In this document: piece after piece, positions 38,414 to 50,022 of the stretch
Position numbering within the stretch: position 1 is the first letter of the stretch
Layout of the letters: each line of letters begins with the position of its first letter
NCBI RefSeq assembly: GCF_009914755.1
Contig: NC_060930.1
DNA: 64,000 nucleotides
Strand: one strand, 5' to 3'
From: the human T2T-CHM13v2.0 reference genome, Homo sapiens
Notes under the pieces: model-generated
Databases searched by the model: none
What the model saw: only the letters and a program-made list of their open reading frames with translations
Told to the model about the DNA's origin: nothing
Position numbers and translations under genes: made by a program

Positions 38414-40627
38414 GAATTAGAGTATTTTAAGCCTATAAATGTATATTCATTAGACCCATCCATCACTTAATGATTTTGCAAACTACTATCTCAGTCTTGA
38501 TTTGCACTGTTGTCATTTTTGGGAAATAACTTTTCAGATATTCTTAATACACATAGAATACAATTTCCAAATTAAGATTGTTCTATGTAAACTGTTTTAT
38601 AATCTCTTTGTCCCAGTCAACACAATATTTTGACCAGCTTCTCATGGAAGAAAATGCATCTAAATCTTTATTATTAGGATTGCTTAGTATTTAAATATAT
38701 GAAAGAAACACTACTTGAGTAAGCAGTTCCTCTAAAGTTGGCCTGTCTAGATGGTTTCCTTCTCTGTCTTAGACTAATATAAACTATCCTAATGTTTTAA
38801 TCTCATAATTAGATTTGTATATATATTATATAATTCTAACAATTATAGTTGGCCAACTGTTTTTAAACTTTTCTGTACTTATTTCTAAATCATCCTCCTG
38901 AAAGGCTGTAAAAATTTACTCTTTCCAGCAAGTATCCAGAAAATGTTTGCCCTCATATTTATCAATGTTGACAGACACTGAGGGTTGCCAACCCGAGAGC
39001 TATTTTCTACTCTTCTTGGAAACAGGGTTCCTACTGCATGGTAAAGTACCCTGGCATAGGGGGTGAATCATGATTTTTCTAAGGTATTTTTCATGGCAAT
39101 CTTATTCCCCTTAAGTAAACATGTGTAGGGTAAATTATGTGAGGCAATTAAGGCTACTTAGCTGAAGGGGGAATCTGCTAGAGATTTTTAAAAAAGACTT
39201 TTCCTAATTGATGGAAGAGAGTTCCAAGAAAAAGCTCTTTTGCCTCATGACACTCCCATTCTTAATTACTGTTTTGTGAGTAGCTAACACTGCGGGTGAC
39301 AAAGCCCACTTGTGACCTCCAATGATGAACCTGAGGGCAAAGGCCAACAGATGGAGGAAGGAAGAGAAAACAGGACAAAAACACTCTGTCCCTGCTGACA
39401 TACATTTCTCGGCCATTGAAATAATGTTCAGACCACTTTATCTTGTGACATAAAATATGTGTTCATGGTTTAAACTACTTTGATCAATTCTAGAATATTC
39501 TTATCCTTTATCTTGACAATTACTTCTCCCTGTTCTCTCCTTAGGAGCAGATATTGGAACACTTTGGTTTCTCCTTGATAACTTTACTTCTTTCATTATT
39601 TTTTATTCTTTCTATTCTGCTTTCAGCATAATTTTGTCAGATTTATATTTAACTAATTCTTTTATATTTTAAACTTCAAAAACATATAAAATAATATTTA
39701 TAACATATTTATAAGCCATTTACAAAAAATAATAAGCTGAACATCCTTGTTCCCCCCACTCATGTTAAGAAACAATATGACCTTAGTGGCTCTGCCAAAA
39801 TCACAATCCCTCCCTTCTTCTGTCACCCAAGAGAGATAATCCCTATCCAAAATTCTCTCTTTGTATTTTGTGGGCTTTCTCTTGCTTTATAGTTTTACCA
39901 CGTAGCATCTCTAATTTATGCTGTTTAGTTTCTTCACATATATAAAATTTTTATAAAGTTTTTTAATATAAATGGTACAATATTTGTGATTCTTCTGCAA
40001 CTTGGTTTTCTTTCTCAATATTGTATTGTTAAATTTAATCCATGTTGATGCATGTAAATGTAGGTCATTTATTTTTAAAGTTGACTTTATTGAGGTATAA
40101 TTTACACAGAATAAATGCACCCATTTTATATACTTTGATGATTTTTAACATATATGCATTTACATATATATATACCCACTACTTAATCAAGATATAGTCC
40201 ACTTCATTACCCCCCAAGATTCTCAGTAAGCATTCATTTTTGCTACTGTATTCTAGTTGTTGAATATAGTACAAATTTTAGTTGTTGAATAAATATATTA
40301 CAACTGTCTTGTGAATAAACATTTGGGTTGTTCCCAATATGGGTTATATATTGATGTTATAAACACTCAAAGACATGGCTCCTCACAATGCATGTAAATA
40401 AGAGTGGATTTGAAAGATTGTAGGGCATGCACATCTTCAACTTTACCAGATAATGTCATATTGTTTCCTAAAATGCTTGTACCAACATGTACATAAAATT
40501 CAGAGTATAAGAGCTTGAGTTTGATTCACATTCTTGCCAACACTTGATACTTTAATTTGGGTCAGTCTGGTGAGTGTAATTGTAATTTAAATATGTATTT
40601 CTATGATTACAAATTATTTTGAATATC

Positions 40628-40893
40628 TTTTTATTTTTTGAGATAGAGTCTTACTCTGTTGCCCAGGATCACTGCAACCTCCACCTCCTGGGTTCAAGCG
40701 ATTCTCCTGCCTCAGCCTCAGCTGGGACTACAGGCGTGTGCCACCACGCATGGCTAATTTTTGTATTTTTAGTAGAGATGGGGTTTCGTCATGTTGGCCA
40801 CGCTGGTCTCAAACTCCTGACCTCAGGTGATCTACCCTCCTCGGCTTCCCAAAGTGCTGGGATTACAGGCATGTGCCGCCACACCCAACCTGG
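40628..40893 (-). mobile_element. Alu with small deletions, inside old antisense L1 sequence
   Basis: Antisense Alu motifs. Confidence 0.9.
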
Positions 40894-41590
40894 TTTCAAA
40901 TATATTTTTATATGTCTGTTGGGCATACAGACTTTTTCTTTTTTGAAGTGCCTATTTTGCTAATTTTTCTATTTAGTTGCTTGTTTTTTCTCATTGATTT
41001 ATAGTAATTCTTTATATTCTCAATAATAATCCTTTGTCAAGCATATGTGTTGCAGATATACACTCCAGTTTTGATTAATGGTTTCACATTTGATGGTGTC
41101 TTATGGTAGGCAGAAGTTAATCATTTTAATACAGCTAGATTTCTTTTTTATAGTTTGTGTTTTTGCATCATAAGAAACTATTTCCTTCTTCAGGTTCAAA
41201 AACGCATTCTCCCACTTTCTCTTCAAAAAGTTTTATAGCTTTGACTTTCACATTTAAGTCTAAAATATTTAGAATGCAGGGATCCAATTTCATTTTCTTC
41301 TAAATGGACCATCAATTTTTTCTCTTCCTCACTGAGGAGCAAACTTCTGTTATATACCAAGTTTCCTTATACCCACAAGATTGTTTCTGGATTCCCTATT
41401 CTGTTCTAATGGTTTATCAATTGCTGTCTTAATATCATGTCTTAAGCACTATAGCTTTATAATAAGTTTTGTTATCTGATAATGCAAATTTTCTCCTGTT
41501 TTTGTTTTTAAATGTCTCTAAGCAAGTATTGACTTTTGCTCTTATTTTAGACACAGTTGTAGCATAGTATGAAACCTCTATTGGTGTATT

Positions 41591-42063
41591 TGAGGAAAGA
41601 GAGCATTTTCCTTGGATTTTCCCTCTGCCTCCTGTGGTAGAGTTGCAAAGGAGGAAGTAAAAGCTGAAAAATAACAGAAGTAGGGTCAGTGGCCAGACTG
41701 ACTGACGCCACTGACCAGGCCTGAATGTAAAAGATTAACCCCCACCCTAACCGCATGTGCGGTTAAGCTCTGGTCGATTCCAGACATTGTATGGAGAAGC
41801 ATTGTGAAACTTTCTGTTCTGTTCTGCTAGCCCTCACCACTGATGCATATAGCCCTCAGTCAGGTAGCCCACGCTTGCATAATCAATCATGACCCTTTCA
41901 CGTGGACCCCTTAAAGTTGTAAGCCCTTAAAAAGGCCAGGAACTTTTTCTTCAGGGAGTTCTGTTCTTGAGACGCAAGTCTGCTGATGCTTCCGGCCGAA
42001 TAAAGCCTCTTACTTCCTAAATCCGGTGTCTGAGAGGTTTTGTCTGCGACCCATCCTACTACA
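41591..42063 (+). mobile_element. ERV1 solo LTR related to the LTR2 group, 473 bp
   Basis: TG...CA ends; TSD TATT at 41587-90 and 42064-67; AATAAA at ~41999; 3' end ttgtctgcgacccatcctactaca. Confidence 0.8.
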
Positions 42064-42084
42064 TATTTATTTTATCTTTAAAAT

Positions 42085-42256
42085 ATTTTTAATTTAAAAA
42101 ATTTGAGGGATAGACAGGATCTTGCTCTGTAGCCCAAGCTGGAGTACAGTGACACAATCATATCTCACTCTAGTCTCAAACTCCTGGGCACAAGTGATCC
42201 TCCTGCCTCAGCCTCTCAAAGTGCTGGGATTACAGGTGTGAGCTACTTCACTTGGC
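42085..42256 (-). mobile_element. Alu monomer-length fragment
   Basis: ctggagtacagtgacacaatc ... caaagtgctgggattacaggtgtgagc. Confidence 0.8.
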
Positions 42257-42323
42257 CTCTACTGGTATTTTCAATACAATTGCTAACTGGCACCTTTATA
42301 ATATGGAGCCTTTCAGATATGTC

Positions 42324-42783
42324 TGTAGCAGGACAAGCTGCAGACAAAACCCCTCAGACACCGAGTTGTAGAAGGAAAGGCTTTATTCGGCTGGGAGCTT
42401 CAGCAAGACTCACATCTCCAACCACCAAGCTCCGGGAGTGAGGAATTCCTGTCCCTTTCAAGGGCTCACAGCTCTAAGGGGGTGCGTGTGAGAGGGTCAT
42501 GATCGATTGAGCAAGCAGAGGGTACGTGACTGGGGGCTGCCTGCACCGGTAATTAGAACAGAACAGAACAGGACAGGGATTTTCACAGTGCTTTTCTATG
42601 CAATTTCTGTAATCTATAGATAGCATAACCGATTAGGTCAGGGGTTGATCTTTAACTACCAGGCCCAGGGCGTGGCACTGGGCTGTCTGCTTGTGGATTT
42701 CATTTCTGCCTTTTAGTTTTTACTTCTTTCTTTGGAGGCAGAAATTGGGCATAGGACAATATGAGGGGTGGTCTCCTCCCTTA
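42324..42783 (-). mobile_element. LTR2 (HERV-E/Harlequin-type) solo LTR
   Basis: Minus strand starts TAAGGGAGGAGACCACCCCTCATATTGTC and ends GTCCTGCTACA; flanks TGTC/CATC fit a CpG-decayed CGTC TSD. Confidence 0.88.
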
Positions 42784-43282
42784 CATCCACTTTCTTGAAT
42801 CCCTACTCCCATTTATTCAGTTCACACCATTATCATAAATCTATTCCATTACAAAATTCTTCCTAGTGTCCTGCTGTCCTTCAGCATTCCAATCTATTTT
42901 TTACATTGTACCTGGAAAAGCTTTGCTAAAATGTAACTCAAGTCATCTTCTACTTATCAATCTTTTATTGACTTCCCAGTGCCCCCAAGATTATGGCTAA
43001 ACTCCTCAACTTGGTTCATCTTTATGAACCAGCTTCTGTTCTGGCCATCTTTTTCCAACCTACATCATCTTGCATTTCTTTGTGCTCCTGTCACTCTGAG
43101 TTCAGTTTTGGTTCCTCAAATCAACTGAAAGAAGGTTTTTCTGCTTTCAAGTGGAAGAAGAAAATGGCAATTTGAAAAATTTGCTCTCCCAAAGAGATTT
43201 CAGCCACAAATTCATTTGCATTTAAATCCTAAAATAAAGCACATCATTATTTCAGCATAAACTCTTAAAAGTCATGCAATCC

Positions 43283-43590
<308 letters not shown>

Positions 43591-45474
43591 TCATGCAATC
43601 CATAACAACCTCAGGCTTTTCACCTTTATATAATTTTAATGAGCCGAAGGTTTGATTATTAAAACAACTATAACTCCTATTACTCTCTCAATCATAACAA
43701 ATTGATCATAAATTCAATTTAACACACATATGTCAGAATACAAAGCACACAGTATGTTCTTTGAACCAGTAAATAAATGTCTTATTCTTTATCATAATAA
43801 TTTCTAATTGTATAATGTTTGAAACTTTCACAATCTTTCTATCTTGGTGAACACTGGCAAAGACATTCTGGGAGTTATTCAGGAGAGATTCACTGCAGAA
43901 AGTACACAGCCATATATCAGAGAAGGGACACTTTCTAACAGGGATCCTTTTAGAACCTGACTCAAGATTCTTTTGTCTTTGAAATATCTAAGCAGCCAGC
44001 CAAACCAGAACAGCCAAACTCCAAAAGCCCAGAGTTTGACTGCACCACTGAGATCACTCAAGTAATCTCTACCCTCCTTTCTCTGCCATAAAAGCCCCAC
44101 CCTGGGTTTCCCCTCACTTTGGTTCTTTCTCAAGTTTCTCACCAGCAGAGCTGAAGGAGAAGTGGTCTTTCATCCAGGTGGCTGGGGTAATATAGAGGAA
44201 TCTGGGTATAAGGTTGCAAAGGCCATCAGGCCCCTTAGCTGCAATTCCCTCTTGTATCCTGCTTCCTCAAACCAGGGCTAGACCAAAGACTTCAAAATAT
44301 GTGCACGCGCGCACACATACGGGTACCAAGGGTAAATTTGTAATTTGCCCTCTAAGCCCCAGAATTCAAGCTTTCTCATTCTTTCATGGGGACCATGTGA
44401 GAATTCTCCAAGATATTTGTGGGGGCCTTACCCACAAATATATAAATAGATAGATAATGGCTTTTACCTCCTTCATCTGTCCATAGCTATAAATGCCCAC
44501 AGGCTTTGTTGGAGAGTTCTCCAGGCTGAAGGACAGTTTTCCTGAATGTGACACTAGCCGAGAGGTCAGAATTAATTACATTCCTTGGTGTCACCTGACC
44601 CACAGGAAACTTGCGTATCTTTGCCACCCCAAATTGTGAGACTACAGACTGAACTACTGCAAGTCTAATCGCCTCCCCTCCCCACCCCACCTTCCCTTTT
44701 ATTTTCCTGATAAAGTAGGCAGAAAGCAGATGAACAAGTTTGCTGCCTAAATTAACACCCAATCTGGAAATAAAATACAAGTCTTTCCTTCCTGAAGGCA
44801 TCTTCAATCACTACCAGTGATTCCTTTGGCAGAAAGCACAATTTTGGGAGCTAGTTCTACGACTTCTTAATCATCCTTCAAGTTAGGTCTGGGTGTGTGC
44901 ATGGAGGCAGTGGGTGGTGGGGTTTTCTGATTCTAGTCATTGTCAGATTTCTTTAAAAAGTGAAGTACTTAGCGTTCCCTTGACCCATCTTTGACTCCTC
45001 CCTAGTTGCTGTTCTTTGAGTAATAGGAAAAGCCCAACACAACCTCCTGTTATACATAAATACAATTTTTTAAAACCAGCACATATATACATGATAGATG
45101 GAAATAAACAGTACTGCATACAGTAGTTGTAAGTATACACAAATAAAGATACCTTTGCATTGTATTCATATACCACGTTTATAGACATGTGAACTTGCTG
45201 CAAAACAAGCAGAAAATAGGAAGAGAAAATCAGGTTATCTACAGAATCACTAGTCATCAAATTCACGTTAAGAATAGGCAGTAAGATTTCATGATCTCAA
45301 TAAAAATCTCAATAAAGCTGTTGCCCTAAAAAAATTTACAGTGAGACAATAAAACAGGGAGGTAAGGGAGGAAAGACAAATATTCCTATGTCTTAAAAAA
45401 AAGGTAAAGCAAGTTAGCCTCCTGGCACTGAATCATTTGCAGAAAAAAATAAAAATAGTTGTTCAAGTATATGA

Positions 45475-45586
45475 GAAGGCTTTGTACCAATCTCAGACAT
45501 CCAATACTTCATATTTCTTAGAGAGAAAGTGAAGGCTTTGTACCAATCTCAAACATCTAATACTTTATATTTCTTAGAGAGAAAGT
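45475..45586. repeat. 56-bp tandem duplication (3 mismatches)
   Basis: GAAGGCTTTGTACCAATCTC...GAGAGAAAGT at 45475-45530 and 45531-45586. Confidence 0.92.
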
Positions 45587-46410
45587 AAGGGAATTTAGTT
45601 CTCTTTTAATATGTACTCTTAATTCCCTCTTAATTTCTTCCAGACTACTTTAAGTTTTTATAGAAATAAATATAAAATCACCACATTGCCTTTTGAAATT
45701 AAAAATGGGAAACACAATACTTTATTCAATCAATAAAACAAACTGTAAAACATTTTAAAATCCCTTAGTTCTAGAATATGGTCAGATAAGAAAGAGGGCA
45801 TATAATTTGTCAGTGGGAGAAATTAAACCACTGTCTTCTAAATCTATCCACCATGATAAGGTTTTTTGTTTTTGAAAAGCTGTAAGATTAAAACAAACAC
45901 ACAATAAAACATAATCCAATTAAGGTTTCAGGACTAAATATGAACCTTTCCTCTACTTTCAAAGGTTTGGAGGATCCTTGAAACTTCCATTACCAAAAGG
46001 TTAAATTATTAGTAACATTCTGAATCACTAAATAGCCTTCCTTTCCTTAACTTTGAATATCACATTTATTTGAAACGAAGCACTTACTGTAAATTGCTAC
46101 CCTGTCTAGGAAAAGATATTTTCTTCATGGATTCTGTCATGTTTTGATGCTAAAGAACCTGTTTTATCGGACTAATTTGCTTTCGATTATTCTAAATGAG
46201 TTCACAGACACAAGAGCAGATATTTGTGGCATTTTTCTGAATCATCTCCAAACAAAATAGAGGTTGTTAAATCTAATTGAGGTGCCAATAATTTCTGACT
46301 TTGTCCCAGAGCACCTTAAAGGCAATCAGTTCTAGCAAAATCTAGAAACCACCTAACATAAACTTGTCAGTATGGCCCAATCGCCCATCCTTATGAAATC
46401 AGAATTTATC

Positions 46411-46715
46411 GGCCGGGCGCAGCAGGTCACGCCTGTAATCCCAGCACTTTGAGAGGCCGAGGTGGGAGGGTCATCTGATGTCAGGAGTTCAAGATGAGCC
46501 TGGCCAACATGGTGAAACCCCATCTCTACTATAAATACAAAAATTAGCCAGGCATGGTGGTGGGTGCCTGTAATCTCAGTTACTCGGAAGACTGAGGCAA
46601 GAGAATCACTTGAACCCAGGAGGTACAGGTTGCAGTGAGCAGAGATTGCACCAATGCACTCCAGCCTGGGCAACAGAGCAAGACCCTGCCTCAAAAATAA
46701 ATAAGTAAATAAATT
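46411..46715 (+). mobile_element. Alu
   Basis: Full dimer; aatttatc flanks. Confidence 0.93.
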
Positions 46716-47021
46716 TATCAATATGAATCCAAGGCCATAACACCATTACAAAATAAGTGTTCCCTTCCATCTTTGTCTAAACATGCACCTACAAAACAAA
46801 CAACATCAACTTCCAACCTAACCACTCTGGATCAGTTTAACAAACTTCATACCCTACTGACCTGTCCCCTGCATTTGAATTCTAAGCCTACCCCTTTGAA
46901 TTCACTTCCTTTCACTGACCTTGTCTATTTCAAAGAAACCATCTCCCATCCTGAAGTTGTCCTACAATCTTAACATGCTAATGAAATACAAGAAGAAGAC
47001 ACAAAATATAAGATCAAATGT

Positions 47022-47061
47022 TTTAATATTAGAATCAACAGATTTAAAATTATATTTTAAT
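47022..47061 (-). terminator. Candidate SCAND3 polyadenylation signals ATTAAA (47056-61, 47022-27)
   Basis: Variant hexamers 230-270 nt after the stop codon; which one is used cannot be told from sequence. Confidence 0.45.
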
Positions 47062-47289
47062 AAATACGACAAATATGAGGAAAAATAGAATTATAAAAAC
47101 TGTACACATTCTTAATTGAAAATATACATATAGGCAATTTATATAGAAAATTGCTGTTTCACTCATAACTTCTCATACTTCCATAACTGTAACTAGACAG
47201 AAAGTTTAAAGTGAAATAGCAAATTCCTCACACTCAATGCTTATATGCATACTTTGAACCAATACCTTACATATCAATATTTAAAGCTT

Positions 47290-49206
47290 TTAATGTGATA
47301 AGTGAGCTTGCTTCTTGCTTGTTAATTTGTCTAATCTAGGTTGGATTGATGACAATGCTACCCTCAGGGGATAATGTATATTTAAACTGTTTCTATGTTT
47401 TGTTTTAATAACACTTAAAGTAGAGAATCCGGTCTCACAGAGGTATGTTGAGGGGAAAAGAAGCAGCAATTTTAAAGCAATCTCAGCAAGCTCAGGATAG
47501 TCATTTTTAGCTTTTATCCAAAATGAAGGAAGTGATGCTGTATTTTCAAAACTGATTTTCAATCCTTCGTCGGTAGCCAGCTTCAACAACTTATCCTGTA
47601 GAGTTACAGTTAAATTTAAGTTATCTTTTGATGAAAGAAATGGATTTTGGATCCACAAATTTCCTATGCGTGGATCTTCTTTTGATGGAAAATAAAATTC
47701 AAAACATTCTAACAAATTTGTAAGATGTTCACTGATAACTTTTCGCAGATGTGCAATATCAAGATCATTACCTACTTCATTGATAATTGTTGTTAAATTA
47801 TGAAACATGTCATAACAATCTGTAGAAATTCTGTTTTTCCAAGCTTCTAACTTCTGTTTTTGTCCTTCAACTTTATCTGCCATTGAAAAATAAGTTGCAT
47901 TCTTCCCTTGCATAGAAGCATTAAGATCATTAAAAATACTGAAGATATCAGACAAATAAGCAAGTCTGGCTGTCCAATTCACATCTTTAAAAAGTTGGGA
48001 CCACATGGGTTTCTTGCCTTGCAGAAACACTAAGAGTTCATTTCGTATTTCAAACATTCTTGACAGAACTTTTCCCCGTGATAACCACCGTATCTCAGCA
48101 TGCAGTAACAGTTGCTTATGATCAGCTTCCATATTATCACATAATAAAGAGAATAATCTTGAATTCAATGAATTAGATTTTATATAATTCACAATTTTTA
48201 CTATATCATTAAGTACACTATTTAGTTCAGCTGATATTTTTTTCATGGCAAGACTTTCTCGATGAATGAAGCAATGTGTTGTTTTACATTCTGGCGCAAG
48301 TTCCTTAATCTGGGTTACCACTTCAGAATGTTTTCCTGTCATTGAAGCTGCACCATCAGAACATACTCCTACACAAAATTTAAATTCCAAACCACATTTG
48401 TTAACAATATAATTCTTTACAGCTTCATACAGTTCTGAGCTAGTTGTGTTTGTAGGCAAAGAGGCTGAAAAAAAGAACTCTTCCTTTATATCATCATCAT
48501 GTTCAAACCTCACATAGACTAAAAGAATTATCATGTTAGCAATATCTCTGCATTCATCAAGTTGCAATGAAAAATACTTTGCTAGTTTTATTTGTTCTAT
48601 GAGTTGATCTTCCATATCATTAGCCAGTTCCTGAATACGTCGAGCTATGGTGTCATTGGAAAGTGGTACCTGAGCTACCTTCTTTGCTGCAGATTCACCC
48701 AACATTTCCAAGCAAACTTCTTTGATGCAGTCTTTCACTAGTGTCTCAGCAATTGTGTATGGTGTTTTAGACTTGGCAACCGGAAGTGCTACTTTATATG
48801 AAGCCCGCAAAGCACTAATGTTTATATGAGAAACGTTGAACACCTGCTTTGGTTGGCTTTTCAATTCACTACTCTTTCTTTCAAAGAATTCTTTTGGTTG
48901 TGAACTTATTTCTTTATGTTTTGAATATAAATGTCGCTTAAGTTTTGATGGTTTCATTGCTTCATTAGCCAGTACATCTCCACAAATAATACACTGTGGT
49001 TTTAGTACTTCACCATCAATTACAGCTACAAAACCAAACTCAATATATGAAGGATCATATTTCCGAGTGAAACTAGCATGAACTCTTTTGGTTTTCCCTT
49101 CTTCAGGATAACTTCTATTGTTAACATTTCTTTTATTACTACTACTGTGTTCAGAAAAGGCATGTCTTTTCTTGACAAAAAAGTCCAGTGAAGCTTGTTT
49201 CGCCAT
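47290..49206 (-). CDS. SCAND3: SCAND3/ZBED9 last exon: domesticated Buster/Charlie hAT transposase (638 aa)
   Basis: CAG|ATG acceptor; zf-BED CIIC...HLYSKH; LQLDEC, CSDGA, CFIH, RWLSRG, LCETGFS; C-terminal hAT dimerisation region; TAA at 47290. Confidence 0.96.
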   Translation of the reverse strand: MAKQASLDFFVKKRHAFSEHSSSNKRNVNNRSYPEEGKTKRVHASFTRKYDPSYIEFGFVAVIDGEVLKPQCIICGDVLANEAMKPSKLKRHLYSKHKEISSQPKEFFERKSSELKSQPKQVFNVSHINISALRASYKVALPVAKSKTPYTIAETLVKDCIKEVCLEMLGESAAKKVAQVPLSNDTIARRIQELANDMEDQLIEQIKLAKYFSLQLDECRDIANMIILLVYVRFEHDDDIKEEFFFSASLPTNTTSSELYEAVKNYIVNKCGLEFKFCVGVCSDGAASMTGKHSEVVTQIKELAPECKTTHCFIHRESLAMKKISAELNSVLNDIVKIVNYIKSNSLNSRLFSLLCDNMEADHKQLLLHAEIRWLSRGKVLSRMFEIRNELLVFLQGKKPMWSQLFKDVNWTARLAYLSDIFSIFNDLNASMQGKNATYFSMADKVEGQKQKLEAWKNRISTDCYDMFHNLTTIINEVGNDLDIAHLRKVISEHLTNLLECFEFYFPSKEDPRIGNLWIQNPFLSSKDNLNLTVTLQDKLLKLATDEGLKISFENTASLPSFWIKAKNDYPELAEIALKLLLLFPSTYLCETGFSTLSVIKTKHRNSLNIHYPLRVALSSIQPRLDKLTSKKQAHLSH

Positions 49207-49399
49207 CTGAAATTAGGAATAAAAGTAAATAATATGAATTTTACTTTCCTCCTTCAGCTAACAGTGTTATACCACAAGTTAAAAACTAGATTTGATTAAA
49301 ATAAAAAATTATTTTAAAGTTAAGTTATAAAAATAAATAAATGCCTATATTTTCTCAGAGTTTTATACATCTTTGGGTTATGGCTGATAAACGAAACAT

Positions 49400-49670
49400 A
49401 AAGTATCACAGGTTGTAATGGGGACCTATTGTGTTTGACTAGTGTGTAACTGCCACCACATGTGACTCACCTTGAGAGTTTAACAATACCTAAATTGGTC
49501 TATATTCTATTCAGTAAGATGAGTCCATTAATCATGTGCTTGGATGTTGCAGTAATGTCAATTGTTATAAAGGTTTCTAAATATTTACGCTTAATTTTTA
49601 TATTTATTTCCTTATGGACTGGAGTTTTTATACCAGTACTGCTCTACTGATCACATGTTGCGTACCACTA
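49400..49670 (-). mobile_element. Left (5') end of the parent hAT-Charlie transposon (Charlie10/MER5C-like) in SCAND3 intron 3
   Basis: Minus strand TAGTGGTACGCAACATGTGATC...TTTAGAAACCTTTATAACAATTGACATT...GGTGAGTCACATGTGG matches the recalled consensus left end; it is co-oriented with the transposase. Confidence 0.7.
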
Positions 49671-50022
49671 GTTTAAGTCATAAGTAACCTCCATATTTCA
49701 AAACATTAACCCTACTTCATAAAGCCTATTGATTTTAAATTTTTTTGGTTCTATTTCATGCTCTCCATTTAAATTCCCAAACTGAAGTCTTTCCCAACAC
49801 AAACCCATATCTTCCAAGCAAATTTATCATCCCCTACCCCTACAAATACTTCTTCACTTGATTTGAGAAGAAGCATTAAAAGTAATTAGGCCTTCTTTGG
49901 GGGAAATATATCCAAGGTAATAAAAATGTGCTTTCATATACCTTGTCACACAACACTTATTCACAGTACACTGTAATGAGATTCTTCCCCTGCTTTCATC
50001 TACGGCAGATATTCAATCTTAC

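Noticed and set aside
46700-47290. Right terminal inverted repeat and TSD of the Buster/Charlie parent element
   Set aside because: No recognisable match to the left end was found after the stop codon; it is lost or too decayed to see.
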